A model generated the notes under the pieces. The model worked only from the letters and a program-made list of their open reading frames with translations. It made no database searches and was not told the DNA's origin. Of a DNA stretch of 64,000 nt, positions 49,513-61,293 are shown piece by piece. The stretch comes from an uncultured Rivularia sp. (lineage in GTDB: Bacteria; Cyanobacteriota; Cyanobacteriia; Cyanobacteriales; Nostocaceae). The translations under genes and the position numbers were made by a program. The first letter of the stretch is position 1; each line of letters begins with the position of its first letter. Location: NCBI GenBank assembly GCA_963665115.1, contig OY762007.1:640001-704000 (forward strand). Direction: 5' to 3'.

Positions 49513-52500
49513 TTAATCAATGGCTTCGAGGATTTTGTCAAATTGGAAGTTTTCGGCGAAATATTTGAGGGTTTTTGTTAGTTGAGCATTTTGGGGGGGA
49601 TTTTCTTCTAATATCTCAAAAATAAGGTTGTCGCTGCATTGGGCTGCTGCTTGTCGCATTTTTGCTCGCCATTCAGGGCACATTGAAGATAATAATTTAC
49701 GTAAATTAGCTGATGTGAAATTGTCTGTTGATGTGGTATTTGCTTTATGGGTAGTGGAGTTTTCTTTTTGATATGAATATTGGACTCCAAGGTGTTGATT
49801 GATTTTTTCTAGTAATGTTTCTTTTGGAAATGGTTTATCGATCAAATCATCGCAACCGGCTGCTATAATTTCATGTTTTTGTTCTTCAAATACGTTTGCG
49901 GTTAAAGCAATAACTACCGTTTTATTAATAACTGAATTATCGGATACTGCTTCTTGCTGTCTGGTTTTAATAATTTTTGTAGCTTGATATCCATCCATGA
50001 TAGGCATTCGCATATCCATTAAGATCAAATGCGGTTCCCATTCTTCCCATTCGGTTACTGCTTGTGCGCCGTTAGCAGCTTCTTTGGTACTAAATCCAAG
50101 TTGAGAAAGCATTCTTATCAGTAGCAAACGACTTTCCGGACGGTCATCGACTACTAAAATGCGGTATTTTATTTGAGATGCTGCTAAACCAATTACTTGG
50201 CGGCTAGTTTTATCAATGTCGGTTTTGTGTGAAGAAGCAAGACTTACTTGAATATCAAAAGTAAATTTGGAACCAACTTCGGGAGTACTTTCAGATGTAA
50301 TGTCTCCTCCCATTAGCTGCACGTACTTACGGCTGATTGCTAAACCCAATCCAGTTCCCTGCTGCGATTTTCTCCCAGCAGCAGTTTGTCTAAAAGCTTC
50401 AAATAAAAATCCAATTTCTTCAGGGGAAATCCCGATTCCGGTGTCAACGATTTCAAAGATTAGATGAATGGGGGGAGAGGGGATAGAGGGGGTAGAGGGG
50501 GTAGAGGGGGTAGAGGGGGTAGAAAGAGATAAATTAATATTCCCCTTATCTCCTTGTCTCCCCATCTCCTTGTCTCCTTGTCTCCCCATCTCCTTGTCTC
50601 CTTGTCTCCCCATCTCCTCCTCTCCCCCTTTCTCAACCCTGACGCTCAACTCAACGCTACCTTGACTGGTAAATTTAATCGCATTTCCTAAGAGGTTGAT
50701 TAAAACTTGACGCAGTTTGTTTGCGTCGCTTTTGATGCAACGGGGAATTTCTGCTGTTTTATGAAATGTGAGTTGCAATCCTTTGCTAGAAGCTCGGAAG
50801 CGTAACATTTCTTGGAGGTTATCTAAGAGTTTGTGTAAGTCGAATTCGGTAATATTTAATGATGTTCTACCTGCTTCTATTTTGGACATTTCGAGAATGT
50901 CGTTAATTAGGTTGAGTAAATGTTCGCCAGCACGGTTAATTATTGCGAATGTGTTTTGATGTTCTTTACTTATGGTTTTGTCTTGGCTCATCAATTCACT
51001 AAAACCTAAAATTGCACTTAGAGGAGTTCGCAATTCGTGGCTCATGTTTGTCAAAAACTCGCTTTTGGCACGGTTTGCTGCATCTGCGGCTATCACGGCT
51101 TGCTGTAGTGCTTCTGATTGATGTCGAGTTTTTGAAAGTAGCTGTACCTGTTGCAGTGCGACTCCTAACTGATTACCAATTTGTACTGCAATGCTAATTT
51201 CTCCAGTATTCCATTCACGGGGTGCGGAATTTTGATAGCTTGTCAGCAATCCCCAAAGTTGATTTCCGCAGAATATAGGAACAGTTATATAAGCTTTGGC
51301 TTGAAACTGTTCTAATAGATTAACGTAATACTCGTTGAATCCAGCTTGGTAAATGTCAGAAACGTAAATAAAACTTTCTCCGTTGTTGTAGCTATCTTGT
51401 TGGTTTTCTGAGAAATATGTTGTATCGCGCACTTCATTTAAATTACTGTTGAGATTGCGAATTATAGATCCGTCTTCTTCTAAAACAACGTTTTGAAAAT
51501 CTGTATTATCTTCTCCTGGGGACATTACCCTTCGCCACTCACTTCCTACCGACTCAGCAACGAAGCTACCGCAATCGTCTGCTTCCAATTGATAAACCAC
51601 AACGCGATCGCAATTTAAACAAAAGCGCAATTCTTCAGTGGTGGCGGTGAAAATTTGCTCTATATCTAAAGTTTGCCGCATTCTTTGTAGAGTTTGAGCG
51701 ATGGCTCTTTCTCTTTCGGCGCTTTCTTGTAAAGCTTGTTGGGCAAGTTTGATATCTGTAATATCGGTGACAGTGCCAATGTAGCCTTTAAATTCACCGT
51801 TTTCGTCAATTTCGGGTAATGCTTGACATATCACCCAAACTACTCTACCATCTGGACGCAGAAAACGATGGTCGCTGGCGAAGGGTATTTGTGCTTTTAC
51901 CGCTTGTTTCCATGCTCGTACAACTCGTTGGCAATCTTCTGGATGTAATGCTTTGATCCACCCTTCTCCTAGTGATTCTTCGGTGGAAAGTCTGGTAATT
52001 TCGCTCCAATGTTGATTAAAGTAAATGCACGAGCCATCAACATCGGTATTAATAATGGCAACTGGGGATGCTTCCGATAAATTTTTATACCGTCTCTGAG
52101 AGAGCTGTAAATCTAATTCGGTTTGCTTGCGTTCGTTGATATCTGCCCAGTAACCGACATATTCTAAAGGTTCGCCGTTGTGATTGCGTATTATTCGGAT
52201 TTGTTCTTGAAACCAATGATAGGTACCATCGCCGTGGAAAAAGCGATACTCGCAAGTAGCATATTCTTGATTTAAGGCTTGGGATAATTGCGATCGCAGT
52301 TTTGGTAAATCGTCTGGATGTACCTTATACTGCCAGAAACCGGAATTTGATAAAAATTGTTCTGCTTGATAACCAACAATTTCTTCGACGTTTTTACTAA
52401 TAAATGTATTCTCAAAGTTTCCATCAGCTAAACGGCTGAAAATTACTGCTGGAGAAGACTGTAATAAATATTGCAAACGTTCGGTTGCCAAACTCATTTG

Positions 52501-55500
52501 TAGTTGAGCATCTTTACGAGCGCTGATATCTTCAACTACTCCGATGAGATATTTAATTTCTCCGGAAGTTTCGCGTATTGTGGAAGCTGTCACATTTGTC
52601 CAAATCTTCTGCTTATCTTTTGTATTAAAGGCTTTCTCCATTGCAAACACGTCAATTTGATTGTTAGCAATCTGTTGACAATAATCGAGATATTCTGCGA
52701 TGGAATCGGAGTGGGTAATGTCGGAACATTGGAGTTTTAATAATTCCGTTTGAGAATAGCCGACAATTTGACAAAACTGCTCGTTGACTTTGATAAACTT
52801 ACCTTCTGGAGAAACTTGAACAATTCCGACGGCAGCATTTTCATAAATGGCGCGGAATGCTTCTTCTCGTTCCCGTAAAGCTGTTTCGGCACGTTTGAGG
52901 GCGGTAATTTCTATTAATATATTTCCTATTCCTACGGGGGCATTATCTTCACCAGGAATGGGAAAGTAAGAAACTAGAAAATCACGAATTACTGAAGGTT
53001 CTGCAATGGAAGCACCGCTAAATTTATTATTAAGAATAGGTTGATTGGTTGCTAAAACTTGTTGATAAATTGGTTCTACGCTAGGAGCTATTTGAGGTAC
53101 AATTTCTTGAATCGTTTTCCCCAAATGTTCTTCTACCGATACACCGTTAATTTCAGCAAGTAATTCGTTGATTTGAATATATCGTAACTCTTTATCTAAA
53201 ATAGTTAATCCTATAGGGGCATTGCTGAAAAAAGCATTTAAGCGAGCTTCTCTTAAAGCTACTTCCCTTTCTAATATTTTACTTTGGGTGATATCGCGTC
53301 CTTCAACAATTAACAAGACTACTCGATTATTTTCATCAAATATTGGTTTGATAGAAGAGTCAATTGTCGAGTTCACGTTAGAAGAGGCGATAACTTCAAC
53401 TTCCGAATGAATCAATTCACCATTCGCAGCTTTTTTAATTGTGGCTGTTAATTTATCTTGACTACAGCAAATCTTGTTTCCTAAAGATTCCCAAAAGAAT
53501 GTTTCTACAACTTCAGTTTCTTCGACACCAAAGAAAATCAGAGCAGTTTGATTGAGCGAAATAATTTTGCCATTTGGTTGTAGCAGAGCAGTAAATCCAA
53601 AACTAGAATTAAAAATTGCCCGAAAACGTCTTTCGCTTTCCTGTAAAATATATTGAGCTTGCTTGCGTTCGGTAATATCTTTATAAGTACCCGTCATCCT
53701 TACAGGCATCCCAACAGAATCGCGCTCAATAATTTGTCCGCTACATAGAATCCACTTCCAATCTTGATTTTTACAGCGCATCCGGAATTCTACTTGATAA
53801 ATCGGACTTTTTCCTTGTAAATATGCTTTTAATTCTTTGTGGATAAAATGCCAATCTTGCGAATGTATAACTCGTCGTAAACTCAAAGCATCTTCGCCAA
53901 TCTCTGCATCTTCATAGCCCAACATTTGCTTCCAACGCGAATCGCGATAAACTTTCTCGTCGCGAATATTCCAATCCCATAATCCTAAATCGCTGGCTGT
54001 TAAAGCGAGTTGTAATCTTTCTTCGCTGTCTCTGCGAGCAGTTTCTGCTTGTTTGCGTTTAATTAATCCTCCTAGCTGTGCTGCAACAGCGCTGACTAAT
54101 TCCAGTAAACGTTTATCCCGACTGTTAGTACTGCATTTGAAAATCATCAAAACAGCTAGCACTTCGTCTCCGTTCAAAATCGGTACTGCAAAACAGCTTT
54201 TGAAGCCTACTTTTAAAGCTATTTCTTTACGCATAAACCGTATTGAAGAAACCCGAGAAATATCTTCTAACCATTGCGTTTGTTTGCTATCTCGAACTAC
54301 TCCCGGTATTCCTAACCCATTTTTGGATATTAGAGTTTCGCTAATACGGCAAAACTCTTCTAAACTATCTTGTTTTTTATCCCAACCCTGAGAGTATTCC
54401 AGAGTTTGATCGTCGCTACTGGAAATCCACGCTTCCCCAAAATCCCAATTAATATTTTTACAAATTAATCGTAAAATTAAACTAAAAGCGCTATCTATAT
54501 TAATTGCTTTACTAATAGCTTGAGTTACTTGTAATAACAAACGAGTTTCCAACAAAGCCTGTTTGAGTTCGGTTATATCCCTTGCAGTTGCTAAAACGTA
54601 TTGTTGTCGATCGATTTCGATTAACTCTGCACTCAATAACGTTGTTCTTACTTCTCCCCCAGCAGCGCGAACATCCACTTCTTGGTTGCGAATTGTACCT
54701 TGATAAGCTAAAAGTGTGGCTAAACCATCACATTGCTCTAAATCTTGCCGAAGTCCTAAATCTTTTACATTAGATCCAATTACCTGTTCTCGGGTATAAC
54801 CAAAAAAATTACAAAAACTATCGTTAACTTCTATATAAGTATAATCAGGGAAAGTACTTAGAGAAATTGGATCGGGACTAGAACGAAACGCCGCAGCCAG
54901 CTTCTGCTCGCTCAAACCTCTTGCGGCTTCTGCTGCTTGTCGCAATCGCGCTTCCAACGTCAAAGAAATCAAGTTGCCATTAGCACGTCCAAAATTTAAG
55001 TCTTCTTGCGTCCAACAATGCGATTCTTCTACCGCTTCCAGACATAATATTCCAGCGGTGATGCCTCCCAAACGCACGGGAACGCAGAATAAAGAAGTAA
55101 TATTAAAAGGTTCGAGATAAGTCTCCCTCAAATCCTGGGTTTCTCACATCAAGAAGAGGATTATTAGTAGCAATAATTTCATCGGCATTCAAAGCTTGAA
55201 AGAAATTTGGATAATCTGCAATCCCGATTGAAATTCCTTCAACATGGCGGTTATGACTCCACTCAAATAAATTGACGCAGCGCATTATCGAAGCATTTTG
55301 CTCATACAGCCAAACGCTGGCTCGCTCTACCTCAATATTACCCGCAGCAGCTTCAGTTATCCTTTGTAAAGCCAGTGTCAAATCGCCATTATAAATCGCC
55401 GGATTTCTAGCTAATTGCGTTAATACCAAGTTGTTTTTGCGTAATTTATAAGCACTTGTTAATAATGCTTGCTGCACTTTTTTTCTTCCAGTAATATCAT

Positions 55501-57385
55501 GTAAAGTGCTAATTACTTTAGTTACCTTACCTTCGTCGTCGTACAAAGGCATAGAGCTATAACGCACATCGACGGGATTACCGCGTTTATTTAGATAAGT
55601 TGTTTCCCTTTCAAAAATCGGTTGGCTACCTAAAAGCCTTTCAAAAGCTGATGATTCCTTTACAATCAGTGAAGGCAATACAAAATTAGTGAAAGGGCGA
55701 TTAATTAATTGATTCGGCTCGTACCCCAAAACTTTCTTCACCGCCGAATTGACAAAAGTAATACATCCGTTCGTATCCGTTGACCAAATAATATCTTGGG
55801 ATGTCTCAACTAGCAATCGATATTCACTTTCACTCTTCTTTAAAGCAGTTTCTGCTTGCCGACGATTATTAACTTCTTCTTGGAGTCTTCTGCGTGCCAG
55901 ACTTTCTTGCTCCAATAACTGAGCTTGAGCTAAAGCAATTCCCAACTGTGCCGCAATAGATTCCAAAAAATCCACCTCAGTAGGCATCCACTGACGCTTT
56001 GAATTAGCTTGATGCAAGCAGATGATACCGTTTGCTTCACCTTTATAAGAAGTTCGTATCGTCAGCATCGATTTAATGCCGACTTCGCGACATTTAGCAA
56101 TAATATCTTTTAACAAAGGTTGTTGTTCTACATCATCAGTAACAATAGCCTTGTCTTGGCTTAATACCGCCTTGAAATAGGGATTATCCGCAGGGGGATT
56201 CTTCGGTGTAATAATTGAACTATAGCCAGGAGCAAGATATTCTGCTTTCGTAGTAATTTGGGCAACTGGCGAAGATGCGTAGCTAAAAATCGCTCCCCGA
56301 TTGACATTCAAAGCCGAACCTATCTGTTGAATTGCAGTATTTAATATTGAATCCGCATCAAATTCCGCACGAATCTTATCAGAAATTTCCTTCAATAATT
56401 GACTTTTATTAAATTCTTTTTGCAGCTTCACCTCAGCTTGCAAACGTTCGTTTGCAAAAGAAATAGCAGAAGCAGCAGCTTGTAAAAATGCGATTTCTTC
56501 AGCTTCCCAAATTATGGCTTCAGAACGATTTTCAAAACGAATGAATCCTAAAAAATCATCCTTAACTACGATTGGTAAAATCAAAATTGCTTGAATACCT
56601 AAATAAAGAAGCATTGAGCGTTCTTCTTCAGGTAAATCTGCAACCAAGCTACAGATAATATCACCTTTAAAAAGTAAATTTTGCCAGCGTGGAAAAAGCT
56701 GCTCGTAACAATGTATTTCGCTTTGACATCTATTTTGATTATTACCTATATTATTATAATTACACCATTTAATCCCAGAAGAGTGATTTTCAATAAAGCA
56801 TACAGAAGTAGCCCTAGAAGCAATTCTCAAGCTTTCGGTAATCTGAGAATAACAATTGGTACTACCATCAAAACCTAATAAAATACGCTGAATTTCCACC
56901 AAAGCAGTCAAATAAGCTTCGCGAGACTTATATTGTTGATTGCGGATACTTAATTCAGATGCAACATTTTGTAGTTCATGGTTTTGTTTTTTCAACTGTG
57001 TTTGTAATTTTTGAATAGTGAGTTGATTTTCAACCCTAGCTAAAACTTCTTCGCTCTGTAACGGTTTAGTAATATAGTCAATTGCGCCTAAATCAAAAGC
57101 CTTAACTTTCTCAGAAACTTCGTCTATGACGCTGAGAAAAATTATGGGAATATCCCGAGTAATTTGATTTGTTTTTAGATGCTGACAAACGGTATAGCCA
57201 TCCATATCGGGCATGACAGCATCGAGTAAAATTAAATCCGGAGGAGAAGTTGTAGCCGCATTAATAGCCAACCTTCCGGCGATCGCCCTTTGAACTTGAT
57301 AACCTCGATTAGTCAGAATATCTGATAAAAAATGTAAATTTTCTGGTCGATCGTCAACTATAAGAATTTTTATATTTTGATTCAT
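49513..57385 (-). CDS. Giant hybrid sensor histidine kinase (REC-multiple GAF/PAS-HisKA-HATPase-REC), split by a +1 frameshift at 55140-55142 (~2623 aa restored)
   Basis: N-terminal REC (LILLDAVMP); repeated PAS motifs (DITERK); MSHELRTPL; GTGLGL; C-terminal REC. Removing one base gives DVRTQDLRETYLEPF. Confidence 0.88.
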
Positions 57386-57449
57386 AAACCACCAGCAATA
57401 ATTTTACTTTTTGATATTCCCCATCTCTCCTACTACCTTAATTACTACT

Positions 57450-58985
57450 TTATACTTTTTCACCTAATATTTGTTGAGTAAAATTAAGAATAATATCAAG
57501 ACGAAAATTTTGAGTTAACTCTGTCAAGTTTTTCGATAACAATGCTTGACTTCCTGGTACTTCTTCTATCAGACGTTCTAATAACTCTTCATCAACATTA
57601 TTTGCTGCTCGATGTAAATTCAACAGCCAACTTCGAGGCATTGTCATTAATTCTTCAAATAATGAAGTATGAGATAATTTTCTATTCGTTTTATGATTAG
57701 AATTGAGCGTAGTATTGTAAGTACCTAATTGAACATTTGCGGCATTATTTTTTGTCACATCAAGCTCAATATCAAATGTAAAAATAGATCCTTTACCCAA
57801 AGTACTTGTTACCTGAATTTCTCCTCCCATCATTTGCACAAACTTACGGGTAATAGCCAACCCTAAGCCAGTTCCTTGTAAAGATTTTCGTCCCGCATCA
57901 GCCTGTGTAAATGCATCAAATAAGTTTTCCAATTCCGAGGCAGAAATACCACACCCAGTATCTTCAACTTCAAACAAAAGACGATAAGAATTAGAAATAT
58001 TGCTTTTCTCTCCCGCTTCATCTACAAAACTGACTCGTAACGTGATGCTTCCTTGAAAAGCAAATTTAATTGCATTGCCGATCGGATTGCTCAAACAACT
58101 GCGTAATTTCTTTGCATCGGTATAAATATACTGAGGTACATTAGACGCTACTATAATATTGAACTTAATATTTTTGTGTTCTAACTTGATTTGAAATATT
58201 TCTTTAATATCTTCCAGTAATAAATATAAATCAAACCTTTTTTCGTTTAATTCAACAGCACCCGCTTCAATTTTAGATAGTTCTAAAATATCATTAATTA
58301 ATTCGAGTAAATGATGACCGCTACGATTAATAATGTTGATATCTTCTTGTCGATCGGCATTTAATAAACAGTCATCGCTCATTAATTTAGAAAAACCGAT
58401 AATTGCATTTAAAGGAGTTCTCAATTCATGACTCATATTAGCCAGGAAATTACTTTTAGCTTGAGATGCTGAAATTGCTGCTATTTCGGCTTTACGTCGT
58501 TCTATAATTTCATGCTGAAGCTGTTGATTTTGCGCTTTTAATTGCCGAAAAAGTCTTAGAATAGTTAATTGATGCTTGACTCTTACTAATACTTCCTCAA
58601 CTTCAAATGGCTTGGTTATATAATCTGCACCACCTAATTTAAAAGCCCGAACTTTTTCGGAAACATGATGTAAAGCACTTAAAAAAATTATCGGAATATC
58701 ACAAGTTTTTTGACATTCTTTAAGTTGTTTACAAACTTCATAGCCATCCATGTCCGGCATTTTAATATCTAACAGATCTAACAGAATTAAATCCGGTGGA
58801 GTTAACTGTGCAACCGTAAAAGCCATTGAGCCAGAAGTTACTGACTGCACTCTATATCCATTTTCAGATAAAGTAGCGGATAGAATTTTAAAATTCTCTA
58901 AATTATCATCAATTATTAAGATATTTTCTTCACCAACTTGTCTGCACGAATCACTTTTCATTGCTGATATGGGAAAAACCAACAT
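57450..58985 (-). CDS. Hybrid histidine kinase (REC-HisKA-HATPase)
   Basis: IIDDN...D...DYITKPF; MSHELRTPL; DTGCGI; GTGLGL. Confidence 0.9.
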   Translation of the reverse strand: MLVFPISAMKSDSCRQVGEENILIIDDNLENFKILSATLSENGYRVQSVTSGSMAFTVAQLTPPDLILLDLLDIKMPDMDGYEVCKQLKECQKTCDIPIIFLSALHHVSEKVRAFKLGGADYITKPFEVEEVLVRVKHQLTILRLFRQLKAQNQQLQHEIIERRKAEIAAISASQAKSNFLANMSHELRTPLNAIIGFSKLMSDDCLLNADRQEDINIINRSGHHLLELINDILELSKIEAGAVELNEKRFDLYLLLEDIKEIFQIKLEHKNIKFNIIVASNVPQYIYTDAKKLRSCLSNPIGNAIKFAFQGSITLRVSFVDEAGEKSNISNSYRLLFEVEDTGCGISASELENLFDAFTQADAGRKSLQGTGLGLAITRKFVQMMGGEIQVTSTLGKGSIFTFDIELDVTKNNAANVQLGTYNTTLNSNHKTNRKLSHTSLFEELMTMPRSWLLNLHRAANNVDEELLERLIEEVPGSQALLSKNLTELTQNFRLDIILNFTQQILGEKV

Positions 58986-59245
58986 TTGATATAGCTTTCT
59001 ACGCTACCAGCCTAAATCACCATGCGACAGTGACGGGCATCACTGTGGAGTGAAAATTATTAGATGGGGGTGAGGGGGATGGGGAGACAAGGAGACAAGG
59101 ATAATTTTAACCTTTGACCTTTGTTAATTACTGCTCGCTGCTGCATTACTTAACCGATCGATAACACTTGATAAAGCAGACTTTGCGGATGCGCTCTCCC
59201 ATACAAAACCGTCATTATTAAGATGACGGCTAAAAGGAGCAAACA

Positions 59246-59866
59246 ATGGAAATAAAGTCAACTAACCCAATAACATCCCCTGCAAACGTTCCCTCTGGCT
59301 ATTTAAACATCATGGGTTACGTTGATGAGTCAGAAGTAAATGGCCCAGGAAGTCGGGCTGTTATCTGGGTACAAGGTTGCAAGCGAGAATGTGGGGGGTG
59401 TTTCAATCCGAATTCTTGGTCATTTGAAATCAATCAACTTGAATCGGTTGATTCCCTCGCTGAAAAAATTCTCAGTAAACCCGGTAATAAGGGTATTACA
59501 TTTTCGGGAGGAGAACCATTTTGGCAAGCAACCGAGTTAGCCTCTTTAGCACGTAAAGTCAAAGCTTCCGGACTAAATGTAATGGCTTTTACCGGCTTCA
59601 CTTTAGAAAATTTACAGTCAGAAAAAGCACCCGCAGGTTCTCAAGAATTATTAGAACAGTTAGATATTTTAATCGATGGCCCTTTTATAGAATCTTTAGC
59701 AATCAATTCTCCCAACTCACCCGTTTCATCCAGCAATCAACAGGTGCGTATATTTAATCCAGACTTTGAAGACAAAATTACCTGGGCTAGCGATCAAATT
59801 GAAATTCACGTATTTAAAGATGGTAGTCGCTTAGTTACTGGTTATAAGGGTTGGCACGAACAGTAA
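59246..59866 (+). CDS. Radical SAM 4Fe-4S protein (NrdG/activase-like)
   Basis: NGPGSRAVIWVQGCKRECGGCFNP; TFSGGEPF; DILIDGPF. Confidence 0.88.
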   Translation: MEIKSTNPITSPANVPSGYLNIMGYVDESEVNGPGSRAVIWVQGCKRECGGCFNPNSWSFEINQLESVDSLAEKILSKPGNKGITFSGGEPFWQATELASLARKVKASGLNVMAFTGFTLENLQSEKAPAGSQELLEQLDILIDGPFIESLAINSPNSPVSSSNQQVRIFNPDFEDKITWASDQIEIHVFKDGSRLVTGYKGWHEQ

Positions 59867-60018
59867 TAGATTTGGGAATTGGGATTTGGGCATGGGGCAT
59901 GGGTAATTGGTAATTGGTAATTGGTAATGATTCTTTATTCCCCCCATCTCCCCTAACCGTACTTACAAAAAAACCCCAAATCAATGGGGCATTGAGGGGT
60001 TATAAACGTCTCGAATGC

Positions 60019-60786
60019 TTATTTTATTGTTGTCATAGGCTTGTCTGCGTTATTAACATAGCCTCTGAACAAAGACTCGTATGCGATCGCACTACTTTGA
60101 GAATCCGTTACATCTGATAAATTCTGTTTAAACCAATGGCTTGCTAAACGGGCAATTTCTTCTAATGCACCTGTTTCTTTAAATTGACGGCTTGCATTAG
60201 GGATAATTTTTAATTCTTTGTCAGATGCTTGAATCTGTTTAATTGTGTCTTCATTTGTGGCAATTGTGGGCAAATCATTCTCACTCACAATCAATAAAGT
60301 AGGAGTTTTTACTTGAGATAAAATCTCATGGGCTAAACAGGTATTTCCGCTACAGGAAACTACAGCCCCTACCGCTATTGGATTTTCTACTGCTGCAAGT
60401 AAAGCCGCACCCGCACCCGTTTGCTCTCCGAAATAACCAATTTTTAGATCGGCGGTAAGAGAATAATTAAGCAGCCAGTTTGTTGCATCAGTTAATCTTT
60501 TAGCAAGAAATTGAACGTTACTACTGCAATGTCTGCTGCGTAAATCAATTGCTTCTTCTTGAGGAGTTAATAAATCAATTTGTACGGTAGCAAGTCCGGC
60601 TGTTTTCCTTAATAAATGAGCAAGGTAGCGATTGCGAGTGCTGTAACTACCAACTCCACTACTATGTACAAATATAACCATTCCTTGGCAGTTTCGAGGT
60701 AAAACGATTTCTGCTTGCAAACGAATAGAATCAAGTTCGATTGAAACTATTTTTTCTTCAATGTAATTCAAAGCAGTTGGATTCAT
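60019..60786 (-). CDS. Dienelactone hydrolase-like protein, catalytically degenerate
   Basis: IDLLTPQEEAID...LAKRL..AT.WL...IGYFG. Nucleophile site reads GEQTG and the His region reads ASRQF. Confidence 0.78.
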   Translation of the reverse strand: MNPTALNYIEEKIVSIELDSIRLQAEIVLPRNCQGMVIFVHSSGVGSYSTRNRYLAHLLRKTAGLATVQIDLLTPQEEAIDLRSRHCSSNVQFLAKRLTDATNWLLNYSLTADLKIGYFGEQTGAGAALLAAVENPIAVGAVVSCSGNTCLAHEILSQVKTPTLLIVSENDLPTIATNEDTIKQIQASDKELKIIPNASRQFKETGALEEIARLASHWFKQNLSDVTDSQSSAIAYESLFRGYVNNADKPMTTIK

Positions 60787-61293
60787 TTTGGTATCCTTTT
60801 TTTTTAAATGGTAATTATTTATTACTATTACCAATGTATATTGTCATTGCCCTGGTTCAGTAAATAATCGTATCCGAGGCATTACTAATTTGACAAGTAT
60901 TTTTTGATTAATAGCAACCGCGAACTAAGCAAATTGCTTAAAATATGACTGGGGAGCAATATTTAACCTATTTATTCAACAAATCCAGCTTAATACTTAG
61001 TAACAAACGAAAGTAACAAGCAAGCTTTTAAGCCAATATGTTTACAAAATGTAAAGCTCGTTTTCAGAAAAAATTGGTATGCAAACAAACAAGCTGTTCG
61101 GCTCCGAGCGCAACTTAATTATTTTATTTATAGGCTAAAAATTTGAGGAAGTTGTGAGTATTAATTCTATTTTATAAATTGTAATGATCGAGTATCTGAA
61201 TAAACAACTTGCTTAGGATATATTCCGTAGGTAGTAGTTTGTACTTGTAGTTGTTAGCCTGGCGGAAGGAGAGGGAGCGATACGGCAGGGTAC

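Noticed and set aside
14995..55142. Programmed ribosomal frameshifting or phase variation at the split genes
   Set aside because: The runs are only 3-4 nt, there are no slippery heptamers, and the genes are unrelated; error is more parsimonious.
4804..60090. Recurrent GCGATCGC octamer as a novel motif
   Set aside because: This is the well-known cyanobacterial HIP1 sequence; used only as a taxonomic clue.
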